Part shown: positions 7,164-16,070 of the stretch, one piece after another
How positions within the stretch are numbered: the stretch's first letter is position 1
How the letters are laid out: each line of letters starts with the position of its first letter
Source of the DNA: a virus
Lineage: Duplodnaviria > Caudoviricetes
Length of the DNA: 25,895 nt
Strand: one strand, 5' to 3'
IMG/VR virus record: IMGVR_UViG_3300017785_007051
Span: 1 to 25,895 of that record
Program-made: the position numbers and the translations under genes
The notes under the pieces: generated by a model
What the model was told of the DNA's origin: nothing
The model's database searches: none
The model's input: the letters and a program-made list of their open reading frames with translations, nothing else

Positions 7164-7239
7164 CAGCCTGCTCCTACAGGTTGGTCGTGCCTCGGGAACT
7201 GCCATTCGCCGAGGCTTTTATTTAGAAACGACCTTAGCA
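7164..7239 (-). promoter_or_regulatory. Promoter (TGcTAAGGT, 7231-7239) and double-hairpin leader of the HNH-AP2 gene
   Basis: GCCTCGG/CCGAGGC stem (7189-7215); CCTG-TAGGAG-CAGG hairpin enclosing the SD. Confidence 0.55.
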
Positions 7240-7249
7240 CAGTTTCAAC

Positions 7250-7504
7250 ATGCACTCCGAAGATTGGGCGAACATCGCCCGTTGCGCCAATGAGCGTGCA
7301 AATGAACGCACCTTCAATTGGGACGATGAGTGTAGCCCGCTTGGAGATTTACAAACTCGCGAGATGGCGCTGATGATGGAGTACCGCGATAACCTATACG
7401 TCAATATCCTCATGGATATTGTCCGGGACTTCCCCTGCGAGGTCGACGAGTACCTCGGCCAACCTATCCGAAAAATAAAGATCGATCTGATTTACGACGA
7501 CTGA
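7250..7504 (+). CDS. Hypothetical protein
   Basis: 84-aa acidic ORF filling the interval. Confidence 0.65.
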   Translation: MHSEDWANIARCANERANERTFNWDDECSPLGDLQTREMALMMEYRDNLYVNILMDIVRDFPCEVDEYLGQPIRKIKIDLIYDD

Positions 7505-7544
7505 CCCGCGTGGGCGGTAGATTAGTTACCCCAACAATCCACCA

Positions 7545-7808
7545 ATGCGGGCGCCTGTCGATTACCAAACGCTTCTGGACAACTGGAGCGTAAATGATGA
7601 GCAACGTCGGGCAGATTTCATTGATTGGCTTTACTGGTTGTACGGTCGTAACAACGGTTTGTACACGGGTCTTTGGCAGCAGTTTTGTACTGACTTAGCT
7701 GAGCTTGTTCGAGACAATTTGAACGAAGATCAGTCTTTTATCGAGGCTGTCGTCAGTAAAGTTAATTGCGGTAAACTAGAGTGTAAAGCTGTCATCGAAG
7801 ATGACTAG
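7545..7808 (+). CDS. Conserved hypothetical protein of cyanophage type
   Basis: EQRRADFIDWLYWLYGR..GLYTGLWQQF motif. Confidence 0.7.
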   Translation: MRAPVDYQTLLDNWSVNDEQRRADFIDWLYWLYGRNNGLYTGLWQQFCTDLAELVRDNLNEDQSFIEAVVSKVNCGKLECKAVIEDD

Positions 7809-8022
7809 AGATTACAAAGAAGAATATAACGAGTACCACGGCACTGAGAAACAGAAGAAGCGGCGGGCTGCTAGGAATCACGCCCGCCGTCATATGGAGC
7901 GTAACGGTAGGGTTCACAAAGGTGACGGGAAGGACGTCGACCACAAGGATAAGAACCCTCTAAATAATTCTTCGAGTAACATAAGAGTACGAGACCGAAG
8001 CGCTAATCGAGGCGACAAGTAA
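7801..8022 (+). CDS. Small basic HNH-motif protein
   Basis: RDYKEEY...RAARNHARR...GDGKDVDHKDKNPLNNSSSNIRV...NR. Confidence 0.8.
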   Translation: MTRDYKEEYNEYHGTEKQKKRRAARNHARRHMERNGRVHKGDGKDVDHKDKNPLNNSSSNIRVRDRSANRGDK

Positions 8023-8522
8023 TGGCTATCCTCCCCGGCTCCAGTCAAACAGGCAAAGAGCCTGAAGCTCTGGGCGGACTCGCCATGCCACCCGGAGGCG
8101 TGGGCCTTAACCAGGAGCCCGGACTGGGTATCCGTCGGGTGATGCAGCTCGATAACGGTCCTCGTGTAGCTACGCAGTTTGCACGAGATCGCGGCTTGTA
8201 CGCGCGACCTGCGGTTGGTCCTGTTGAGTACTCAGAAGGTAATATCAAAAAGTCTACGGCAATTACTGGCCCTGCAGGATACAACCAGCGTAACGTGCCG
8301 CTTCCTGACAGCGCTGACGATATGAGTCAGGCTGAGTACATGATGAGTATGCAGCAGGCGACTCCTCAGAGCCGCATGATGATGCAGAAGATGATCCAAA
8401 ATCCAAATCAGAACTTCCTTAATACCAAGCTTGTACAGCAGGATTACCCCTTGCTCACCCACAACATGATGAACAACCTGTTAGCTTTATCTAAACAGAA
8501 GCTGCAAGGTAAGCAAAAATGA
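8022..8522 (+). CDS. Low-complexity G/P/M/Q-rich protein, possibly an internal virion protein
   Basis: 166-aa ORF with TAATG overlap to the upstream gene. Confidence 0.7.
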   Translation: MAILPGSSQTGKEPEALGGLAMPPGGVGLNQEPGLGIRRVMQLDNGPRVATQFARDRGLYARPAVGPVEYSEGNIKKSTAITGPAGYNQRNVPLPDSADDMSQAEYMMSMQQATPQSRMMMQKMIQNPNQNFLNTKLVQQDYPLLTHNMMNNLLALSKQKLQGKQK

Positions 8523-8653
8523 TGGTTGACAATGATTTCCCTGTCCGGATGGCAGGGCAGCGCTTCGGTCTGGACGCTCAAAGGCTCGCTCGCACGACTC
8601 CTAGCGAAGTGACAGCCCGGTTAAGATACCAGCAAACGTTCCCTCGTACATAA
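8519..8653 (+). CDS. Small protein, 44 aa (not in ORF track), carries the RxAG motif
   Basis: MMVDNDFPVRMAGQRFGLDAQRLARTTPSEVTARLRYQQTFPRT; ATGA overlap with the upstream stop. Confidence 0.75.
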   Translation: MMVDNDFPVRMAGQRFGLDAQRLARTTPSEVTARLRYQQTFPRT

Positions 8654-8654
8654 G

Positions 8655-8831
8655 ATGCGTTTCGCAGGCCCTCAGATCGGGATTGACCCTACTCAGATGG
8701 AGTATCTGAGTGATCGCTATGCCGGTCAGGTGGTTAAAGAAAATCCCGGTCTCGCTGATCAGATTGCTGCTGGCATTATGATGCTGCAGAACGAATCTGA
8801 TCAGCCTGCCGGTGTCGACTCCGCTAACTGA
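8655..8831 (+). CDS. Small protein, 58 aa (not in ORF track), carries the RxAG motif twice
   Basis: MRFAGPQIGIDPTQMEYLSDRYAGQVVKENPGLADQIAAGIMMLQNESDQPAGVDSAN; starts 1 nt after the upstream stop. Confidence 0.75.
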   Translation: MRFAGPQIGIDPTQMEYLSDRYAGQVVKENPGLADQIAAGIMMLQNESDQPAGVDSAN

Positions 8832-9519
8832 ACTTCATTTCGCGTCGCTTGATTGGATCACGCCTCACGCTGAGGACGTGGTTGGTGAGCACGCCCGAGT
8901 CAGTACGAAAAATCCCAAGCGCGACGAATATAAAAAACTTTTAAAATACTGCATTGCGCACGGACATTGGTCTGTCTACGAACAAGTCTGTGCATCTTTT
9001 AGCATCTGTACTTCTCGTGCTATCAGCGCACAGATAACTCGACACAGAGCCTTCCACTACCAGGAGTTTTCCCAACGTTATAGTGATCCTACAGATATCC
9101 TGGCTACACTGAATGACAAGTGCTGGGACTTCGATATCCGAGCTCAAGATTTTAAAAATCGACAAAACAGTCTGCCCTTCCCTGATGGGGAAGTTAAGGA
9201 CTCGCTGAAAGAGCGCATCCACGAGATATATAAGGATATACAAGAGATATACGAGGCGATGCTCCAGACCGGCGTGGCTAAGGAGTGCGCCCGGAACATC
9301 CTCCCCGTGTGCTCGCCGACCCGCCTGCACATGCAAGGCACGCTCCGCGATTGGATTTTCTACGTCGGTTTGCGTGCTCGCCCTGACACGCAGCTCGAAC
9401 ACAGGGTGATCGCCAAGCAAATCGGAGAAATTTTGGCAGAATGTGTGCCGGTCATCCACGAAGCACTTGTGGAGTCCTCTTCTACTACCAGCGGCTTGGA
9501 GGGCTGGATTCATGTTTGA
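8812..9519 (+). CDS. thyX: Flavin-dependent thymidylate synthase
   Basis: HGHWSVYEQ, SRAISAQITRHR..YQEFSQRY, AKECARNILP, TQLEHR. Confidence 0.95.
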   Translation: MSTPLTELHFASLDWITPHAEDVVGEHARVSTKNPKRDEYKKLLKYCIAHGHWSVYEQVCASFSICTSRAISAQITRHRAFHYQEFSQRYSDPTDILATLNDKCWDFDIRAQDFKNRQNSLPFPDGEVKDSLKERIHEIYKDIQEIYEAMLQTGVAKECARNILPVCSPTRLHMQGTLRDWIFYVGLRARPDTQLEHRVIAKQIGEILAECVPVIHEALVESSSTTSGLEGWIHV

Positions 9520-9889
9520 TGAACAAAAACAACGTGAAAGCACAATTGATTTCTTCACAGATCGTCTCTACGCCTGCTTAGACGACGAAGAGATCTGCAA
9601 ATCCCTTGTGGGAATCCTCAAGACCACCCTTTTTGATGAGTACAAGCACTGCGCTTCTAAAGCGGAGCGTATCGCTAAACTCTGTAATCAACTTTTTCCA
9701 AATGAACTTCCTAAATCTCCTGTTTATGAAATCACCACGCCTGGATCGTCTCGTACTCTCCTCAGTGTTGATCTACCTACACAGGACTACTGGTATCTGG
9801 TTAATCTAGCTGCGTCTAAAAAACAGTGTGTTATGGATTACCTCCAAGAAATCGTAGCTAACCACATTAAGGAGAGCAAAGATGTTTGA
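9512..9889 (+). CDS. Hypothetical protein with possible C-terminal ribbon-helix-helix (start moved to ATG 9512)
   Basis: ATG overlaps the thyX end; LLSVDLPTQDYWYLVNLAASKKQCVMDYLQEIVANHI fits an RHH pattern. Confidence 0.65.
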   Translation: MFDEQKQRESTIDFFTDRLYACLDDEEICKSLVGILKTTLFDEYKHCASKAERIAKLCNQLFPNELPKSPVYEITTPGSSRTLLSVDLPTQDYWYLVNLAASKKQCVMDYLQEIVANHIKESKDV

Positions 9890-10196
9890 GTCTGCTTCCT
9901 CAACTTTAAAAATAAGTATTTCGTACAAGAATCCTCGGTACGAACTGGACAGTGCTCCCGAGCACGAGTTCACGTTAGAGGCAGACATGATCGACTCCTC
10001 TGTCCACGCGTGGTTTGAAATTTTCGAGAAAGTTCTTGCTTATCAGGGATTTTCTGAGAAAAACATATGCTCTGGCGGGTGTCAGCTTGCCTTCAACGAG
10101 TACCGCACTCCGGAATTGATGAGGCAAGTCGCGAAGGAGTATGACTTGAAACTGCTTGAAGACACTGGATCTGCGGAGGACTCGGAAGAGGAGTAA
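9882..10196 (+). CDS. Hypothetical protein
   Basis: 104-aa ORF, AGGAG upstream, FEKVLAYQGFSE motif. Confidence 0.7.
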   Translation: MFESASSTLKISISYKNPRYELDSAPEHEFTLEADMIDSSVHAWFEIFEKVLAYQGFSEKNICSGGCQLAFNEYRTPELMRQVAKEYDLKLLEDTGSAEDSEEE

Positions 10197-10213
10197 TCCC
10201 AGATACAGCGAAA

Positions 10214-10245
10214 CCGGGGCTTGAATTAGGCCCCGGCTTTTTGTT
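10214..10245 (+). terminator. Rho-independent terminator at the convergence point of the two arms
   Basis: CCGGGGC...GCCCCGG followed by CTTTTTGTT. Confidence 0.8.
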
Positions 10246-10267
10246 CGCTTTACGCGCGTATTCTTAA

Positions 10268-10858
10268 CTATAGCAGATTATTCCACGGGTCGCTTGCCGA
10301 CTGAGGTGGGTTGTTATTGGATGCAAACGTTTTTGATGCACTGTCGTTGGTTGGGATCTGATTGATCGCAGCACGAGCCTGCATGATCGTCATCTGCTGT
10401 TTAAGGCTACCGATCTCACTCAGGAGCGGTTCGCACTTGGCATCAGCCCATGCGGTTGCATTCCGCGTCAGTTCGTCCAATGCGTTTGACGGGTGTGGGA
10501 AGTTGTAAACCTTGCCACTCTGTGTTTGGATCGCTTGTCCGTTCTGATCCTGACTCAGGGCTTCGAGGAAAATGTCAGCTCGCTCCGGCGTGATGTCCGC
10601 GTTAAAAGCAAGCTGTTGAGGGCTCACCAAACCCCGGTTATTTTCGTAAAGGAAGGAAAACACTTTTGCCACGCGGGCTGATTCGACTCTTTTGTCCTCT
10701 TCCTTTCGACGACGCCCGTTGTCAGTCAGCACTGCCGCGCTAACCAAACCTCCACCAAAACTCGCTGCAGCAAGAGCAGTGGAGTCAGGATTTGATACAG
10801 AAGCGACTGCAGCGCAACCTAAACCTACAGTTGCCAAAAATAAGTTTCTGGTGTTCAT
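10268..10858 (-). CDS. Membrane protein with two N-terminal hydrophobic segments (start moved to ATG 10858)
   Basis: ATGA overlap with the primase stop; MNTRNLFLATVGLG...; central segment possibly wHTH-like. Confidence 0.7.
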   Translation of the reverse strand: MNTRNLFLATVGLGCAAVASVSNPDSTALAAASFGGGLVSAAVLTDNGRRRKEEDKRVESARVAKVFSFLYENNRGLVSPQQLAFNADITPERADIFLEALSQDQNGQAIQTQSGKVYNFPHPSNALDELTRNATAWADAKCEPLLSEIGSLKQQMTIMQARAAINQIPTNDSASKTFASNNNPPQSASDPWNNLL

Positions 10859-13614
10859 TTCGATTCTTGTTCGGGATTTGGATCGTGAGCTTGGAATGCT
10901 GCACCCCACAAAGAGGGGTTCGCGACGAATTCTACCGGGGATGGCAGTCTGTTGTCACCCGCTGCAGCCCGATCAGTCGACGGGTCGTAAGGCTTGATAC
11001 GAAGCCCTTTGATCACCGCCTTGCCGTTGATGAACTTAGGCTCGATGCCTTGAATCTTCAGCACATTGTTCACGGTTTCCTTCAGACGATCAACAAAGCG
11101 TGGCTTTGCTGCAGCCTTGTAACCATTTGATTTAGCAAAGTTTGCATACGATGCGTAGATTTCAGAGTTGGCATTCTTGACGTAAAGACCTCGTTCCTGT
11201 TCGTCGATGGTCGGGCGGAATGCACCACCACCCAGAGGAGTTTGACTATTGGGTGCGTACAAAGTGCACTCAGACAACCACGCCACGATTGGGTTGTTGA
11301 AGATCAAAGCTTCGATGTTGGTCGTGTTGAGGTCCGGGCAGTACTTCACCGGGTTTGCCAACGTGTCGCGCATCTTGTCGAAGTCCATCGACAGGCACCA
11401 CGCTGCGATGTTCGGCAATTCATCGGCGAGCTCACCCTCAACACGGTCTGGGAACACGCTGATCAAGTTGCGGCGCTTCGAAGGCGCCACCACATTGTTC
11501 ATGACGATGGTGAGACGACGACGCTCCAGACCGCTGCTGATGTCAGAGGAGCTGATGTGCTCGTTACTAGCGATGGAGACCAGAAGCTCGGGCTTGAAGT
11601 TGATGATCTGGGTTCCATACTTCCGCTCTGCCCTCAGAGTGTCTGAAGCTGACGTCAGTTTCTTGAGCGTGTCGAGCCGCTTGCTGAATGAAGCTTCGTC
11701 AGTCAGGAGCAGTAAACGCTTACCGATCAGGCTGTGAGCTTCAAAGCGGTTCGTCTCAATCGTTTCCAGGTCAGATGTATGTGTGCCCGTGAAACCTGCC
11801 AGAGCAATCAGAATCTGCTGCAGCGTGGACTTACCGGAACCACCCGCACCGATCAGGTGTAGGAACTTTTCTCCAGTTGTATATCCCGTCAGTACAGCCC
11901 GGCAGAATGCCTGGATGATCACCACCTTATCGGCACCGACCGCCCACTCCAACCAGTTGATGAATTTCGGGCAGTTGGGATCTTCGCCGTATTGGAAAGC
12001 AAGCTTGGTCTGGAAATACATGTCTTTATGATTTCCAGGCTTGAACTCCAGAGTCTTGGTGTCGAGCACACCATTCTCAAAAGCAACCTTGCCTCGGTTG
12101 GTCTGCCAGATCGAGGAGCGACCACCCCGAACTGAACGCAGCAGCTTCGCCTTCAGCAGCTGGAACACCGAGTTAACGGTTGCCGAGTTGTAGCGTGGCA
12201 GCACTCCAGCTTGGATGAACGTATCCAGCGTGCTGACAATACGCCGTTTGATATGTTGTTCGTCGTTCAGATACCAGATACCTTCGTCGTTATCGTATGT
12301 AAAGAACTCGTCCAGGCTCGAATCAAATAGGAAGCTGTCACCGTAATTGCTTACGATGATCTCGGCGATGTCGTTTTCCGAGAACTGCCTGTTGTTGTTC
12401 TGAATTTGAACTAACTGCGCAGGCGTTTGAGGGGTGGAAGGCATTTCGGGGGGATCTTCTGTGACTGTTAATGTCGATGTCGGTTCAGGAGTCGCTTCGA
12501 TCTCGAAGTCTTCGATGCTCAGGATCGAGTTACTCGGTTTTGGTTTTTTGGCTTTGATTTGTTCTTTGATCGCTTCGGGGCACTTGCTGTCAAACAGAGC
12601 CCGGTCTACATATTTTATCTTTTTCCATGGGGCGGACTCGCCTTCCTCGGATGCCATGGCGACAGCGGGGAGCAGCGTGGATGCGTCGGAGATGCTGCCG
12701 AGGATCCGGTTGAACTTGCCATCGAGGGCTGGGTCGTACTCGTAGATATTCTCGAATATTTGGTGCGCCATGTCAAGGGGTCGCTGCTTAATCGGCAGCT
12801 CATTAGCCCCAAGCCAGTTGGCCCAACCGATCAGCTCCTTCAACGCAACCGTCATGCTGAACGACCGGTCTTCCACCGGAGCCCCGTCCAGCATCGATCT
12901 GACAGAGGAGCTCAGCAGATTCCCAACGTCGATCCCGTCCGGCGTGGTGTCGATCTCCAGCGCCTCTGCTGGGTCGTCGTCTCGCTTGACTTCCTTGGGA
13001 ATCAGGTTGTAAGCCTGCAGCCCTTCGTTGATTTTTGAAACCGGTATGTATTTGTGTGACCAGCAGATCAGATCTTGCTCGGACTTACCGCCGTAAAACA
13101 GGTTGACTGCCTGCGTTGCTCGCCGGTCTGATCCAGGGATTTGCTCAGCAATTTCCCGTACGAACCATTGATAAAAATCAGCGTCGACAATGGGTCTTTC
13201 GAGTCCGAAAACGAGACGGAAGCGAGGCCACTCCGGCGTCGTGCTTGGCGAGTAATACGCGAAGCTAAGGTACTTTTTACATATATCCAGGTCCAGAGCT
13301 TCTTTTACAGTTAGCTCTTGCTTTTGTACCTTGTTTCCGTTCTCGTCTTTATGATCTGCTTGATTATCAATGTCGATAATCACCAGACCAGCTTTAATCG
13401 TACCGGTCGAATCTTTAACTCTTTTACCGTTTACCAGATGCCACGCGCATAAGCCGTCACCGGCTGCTGTAGCCTTGGCGATCGTCTCGGCGTCTCCTTC
13501 TGACGCTTCCCAGTTCTCGTTGAATGATCTGAAGTTTCCACCTGGATTTATCTTTCCAGTTTTGGGGTTTACAAATTGACGAACTTTTTGATTTTTGGAG
13601 TAGAAAAAAAGCAT
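10855..13614 (-). CDS. Primase-helicase (AEP-like N-terminus + D5/P4-type SF3 helicase); start probably ATG 13614
   Basis: IIDID and SPS..PRFRLVF primase motifs; Walker A GAGGSGKS, Walker B LLLTDE, motif C IASN, RR arginine finger. Confidence 0.92.
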   Translation of the reverse strand: MLFFYSKNQKVRQFVNPKTGKINPGGNFRSFNENWEASEGDAETIAKATAAGDGLCAWHLVNGKRVKDSTGTIKAGLVIIDIDNQADHKDENGNKVQKQELTVKEALDLDICKKYLSFAYYSPSTTPEWPRFRLVFGLERPIVDADFYQWFVREIAEQIPGSDRRATQAVNLFYGGKSEQDLICWSHKYIPVSKINEGLQAYNLIPKEVKRDDDPAEALEIDTTPDGIDVGNLLSSSVRSMLDGAPVEDRSFSMTVALKELIGWANWLGANELPIKQRPLDMAHQIFENIYEYDPALDGKFNRILGSISDASTLLPAVAMASEEGESAPWKKIKYVDRALFDSKCPEAIKEQIKAKKPKPSNSILSIEDFEIEATPEPTSTLTVTEDPPEMPSTPQTPAQLVQIQNNNRQFSENDIAEIIVSNYGDSFLFDSSLDEFFTYDNDEGIWYLNDEQHIKRRIVSTLDTFIQAGVLPRYNSATVNSVFQLLKAKLLRSVRGGRSSIWQTNRGKVAFENGVLDTKTLEFKPGNHKDMYFQTKLAFQYGEDPNCPKFINWLEWAVGADKVVIIQAFCRAVLTGYTTGEKFLHLIGAGGSGKSTLQQILIALAGFTGTHTSDLETIETNRFEAHSLIGKRLLLLTDEASFSKRLDTLKKLTSASDTLRAERKYGTQIINFKPELLVSIASNEHISSSDISSGLERRRLTIVMNNVVAPSKRRNLISVFPDRVEGELADELPNIAAWCLSMDFDKMRDTLANPVKYCPDLNTTNIEALIFNNPIVAWLSECTLYAPNSQTPLGGGAFRPTIDEQERGLYVKNANSEIYASYANFAKSNGYKAAAKPRFVDRLKETVNNVLKIQGIEPKFINGKAVIKGLRIKPYDPSTDRAAAGDNRLPSPVEFVANPSLWGAAFQAHDPNPEQESK

Positions 13615-13686
13615 GGTTCCCCTGCGCAGAGCCATTGTGCCACGGATTCCTGCGTGGGTGCAGGGGTTTAAGCAAAAAACCCGACC

Positions 13687-14463
13687 CTACGCAAGCCGAG
13701 TCTCATAAAACTTTCGTAAGACTTCAAACCACATTTCTTTGTCTTTTTTCAGATCTTCTGGACCAAAAGTAAATACTTGAACAGAAAACTCAGGAACTGC
13801 GGTACTCACGATGATCTGAGTTTTGTTGATTTTGATGCCTAAGCAAGCCTCCGCTGCGATTGTATAAGCAGCTAATTGCAGCTTCGTTTTCTTCAATTTA
13901 AAAACTCCAGAGACGAGAGCCTTCCGGAGTTTGTCCTCCATCTCGACCTTCGAGCTGGGGAATTTATAACTGTACGGACCGTTGCTGGTTTTGAAATCAC
14001 CCAGGATTAATTCGCCATTTCCGTCCTGGTAGATGATGTCAGGGCACCCCGCGTACCCCTGAGCTTTGATCGGATCGTAAAAGTGGAGACGACCCACGCC
14101 GTCCTCACCTACATATTTGTGCCATTCTGGTTTGTTATACGGTTTTTCACTCCACAGAACGCGACCGTTCTCTAGCAGTTCGTCTACTTTTTCTGGTACA
14201 TCCTTCCAATATGGAGCGTATTGAGGTGGGGGGCTTACCATCAGCCCCCTGATGTGATTCTCAACGCTGTTGTGGATAAAGGAACCCCTCTCTGCTGCCA
14301 TATCAGCAGCTCCAGGATTCGCTAAATTCCAGTGAGCTAGTTTCTTACGAGTTTCCTCCGTTTGCGTGGCAGATAGAACGCTCGTTACGGAGGGAAGAGG
14401 GACATCGACACCATCACATCTGTAGTGTCGTAGTCCGTTTAATGTTAGTCGTGTTTGAGTCAC
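13687..14463 (-). CDS. PD-(D/E)XK exonuclease (Cas4-like/MGME1-like phage exonuclease)
   Basis: PSVTSVLS, RGSFIH, YAGCPD, DFKTS, QLAAY. Confidence 0.9.
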   Translation of the reverse strand: MTQTRLTLNGLRHYRCDGVDVPLPSVTSVLSATQTEETRKKLAHWNLANPGAADMAAERGSFIHNSVENHIRGLMVSPPPQYAPYWKDVPEKVDELLENGRVLWSEKPYNKPEWHKYVGEDGVGRLHFYDPIKAQGYAGCPDIIYQDGNGELILGDFKTSNGPYSYKFPSSKVEMEDKLRKALVSGVFKLKKTKLQLAAYTIAAEACLGIKINKTQIIVSTAVPEFSVQVFTFGPEDLKKDKEMWFEVLRKFYETRLA

Positions 14464-14482
14464 AGTCTTTGATTTTTCTCGT

Positions 14483-15085
14483 TCATACTACCCCACCGCA
14501 TCTGAAAAAACCTTCCAGTTTATCTATTACTTTTTCACTTATAGTAGTGCTCTCGTGTAACCAAAAACCATGGTTAAAGTTTAATTTATAGAAAGGGTTT
14601 TTTGAAAATATATGTTTCGCGGCTATGTCATGTGCGATTGCCGCGTGTTCAGCTATTTTAAAATAACCTAAGTGAATACGACCTTCACCAGGATACATAA
14701 TATAGGCACTATAAGAATTATTTACTTTATTTACTCCTTTGTATTTAGAGCTACTCCAAGATTTTCTATTATGTAGTTGGTCTAATCCTGAAGCTAACCT
14801 TAGATTATCTATTCTATTGTTTAGTCCGTTGTTGTCTTTGTGATCTACGGTTTTATTTGGTTCTAGCTTCCTATTTAATTTAAACCATATTAGATTGTGT
14901 ACAGCGTACTGTACTCCGTTTATTTTCTGTCTCCAGTACCTGTTGTCGCTAGTTTTGTATCCGCACATACTATCTTTCTTATGACGTTTGTAGTCTTTAC
15001 TCCATTTTAATCCACTTGGAAGACTCTCGTCTACCTCTAGGCAATTAAGGATTTCTTGGTCCACTAAAGTATTTTTTGTTCTCAT
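14483..15085 (-). CDS. Free-standing HNH-AP2 homing endonuclease (start moved to ATG 15085)
   Basis: VDHKDNNGLNNRIDNLRLA; SSKYKGV...HLGYF...AAIAHD...LNF; visibly AT-rich. Confidence 0.9.
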   Translation of the reverse strand: MRTKNTLVDQEILNCLEVDESLPSGLKWSKDYKRHKKDSMCGYKTSDNRYWRQKINGVQYAVHNLIWFKLNRKLEPNKTVDHKDNNGLNNRIDNLRLASGLDQLHNRKSWSSSKYKGVNKVNNSYSAYIMYPGEGRIHLGYFKIAEHAAIAHDIAAKHIFSKNPFYKLNFNHGFWLHESTTISEKVIDKLEGFFRCGGVV

Positions 15086-15089
15086 TTTA

Positions 15090-15446
15090 TTAAAACGCCA
15101 TCGAGAAAAGTCGAGGCTCCTCGGGACCATCGTCGTCATCACTATCATCATCTTCCTCTGCCTCATCTTCGTCCTCGTCTACAAAAAACTCGGACTTCTG
15201 GTATTCGATATCTTTAGTGCGGCTCGTCAACTCTTCGGTGAGACAAAGACCTGCTGAAAAACTTTCAACAACAATCTCCGCGCACTGCTGGGCATCTCGG
15301 ATCTCTCCTTCAGGGGAGATGCACTCTTCAAGGAGCTGTGCTGATACCAGTAAGGCAATAACCCGATCGAGTTTTTCATTCGTCTTGTCTAACCTATCGC
15401 ACACAGCACGCTGGAACTTTTCAAGTTTACTTGATTGCGATGTCAT
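15090..15446 (-). CDS. Hypothetical protein with a highly acidic tail
   Basis: Coiled-coil-like N-terminus; EDEDEAEEDDDSDDDD tract. Confidence 0.7.
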   Translation of the reverse strand: MTSQSSKLEKFQRAVCDRLDKTNEKLDRVIALLVSAQLLEECISPEGEIRDAQQCAEIVVESFSAGLCLTEELTSRTKDIEYQKSEFFVDEDEDEAEEDDDSDDDDGPEEPRLFSMAF

Positions 15447-15981
15447 CGAGGGGAGGGAGCGTTTGAGCTGCGTCCCAATTTACAGCGTATGACACGTGAG
15501 TGCCGTCCATCCACTTGTCCGGTCGCTGAAAAACGAACCAGCAGCTCGTGACGGAATCGCGAGACGCGCTGACAGAACTGAAACGCGGCCGTGGCGACAG
15601 GACGATCATGTTCGACATCTTGTTCGAGAGCAAGAAGCTTCGGCGCTTAGCCACAGGTTCTATAAACGACAAACGATCTAAGACGGCAATTCCTTCCCGT
15701 GCGATCTGAATCCCGTAGTCAAGTATGTACTCACTGTATTCATTAAGTCCGGTTGTATTTGCGATAACCCAGTCGTATTGTTTATCCCGCATGGTTGTCC
15801 ACCAAATCGGGTTTACTAAGTTATCGCTGTCTTTGTTAGTTGTAACTGTAAGATTGTGAGCTCGCAGCTGATCGCTGAGCGTATCGTTTGGATCATATGG
15901 GACTAGAACTGAGCCTTGGATGTAGCTGTTCTTGATCAGTTGATGCGTCACGCCTTCAGGGATTGTGTAAAACGATGCCAT
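15427..15981 (-). CDS. Degenerate amino-DNA-methyltransferase-fold protein (start moved to ATG 15981)
   Basis: FYTIP, YDWVIAN, RLSFIEP, RDSVTSCWFVF follow the small phage MTase pattern; catalytic motifs are altered. Confidence 0.7.
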   Translation of the reverse strand: MASFYTIPEGVTHQLIKNSYIQGSVLVPYDPNDTLSDQLRAHNLTVTTNKDSDNLVNPIWWTTMRDKQYDWVIANTTGLNEYSEYILDYGIQIAREGIAVLDRLSFIEPVAKRRSFLLSNKMSNMIVLSPRPRFSSVSASRDSVTSCWFVFQRPDKWMDGTHVSYAVNWDAAQTLPPLDDIAIK

Positions 15982-16070
15982 GCGTAAAACGGAAGAATGT
16001 GTGGAGCTTAGCAAATGGGTTGGTCTTTGACCGCTTCTGTGATTAACGTTGAGAAAGCTGCTGTCTCGGT

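Noticed and set aside
11242-13579. Several long + strand ORFs antisense to the primase-helicase
   Set aside because: Shadow ORFs of a codon-biased gene with no recognisable motifs; the same applies to antisense ORFs over thyX, polA, the SSB-like genes and the vWA gene
13687-14463. CRISPR-Cas system suggested by the Cas4-like nuclease
   Set aside because: No repeat-spacer array or other cas genes, and no Fe-S cysteine pattern; this is an ordinary phage exonuclease
15090-15200. Acidic tract as evidence of a DNA-mimic anti-restriction protein
   Set aside because: Acidity is confined to a short disordered tail, which is insufficient support
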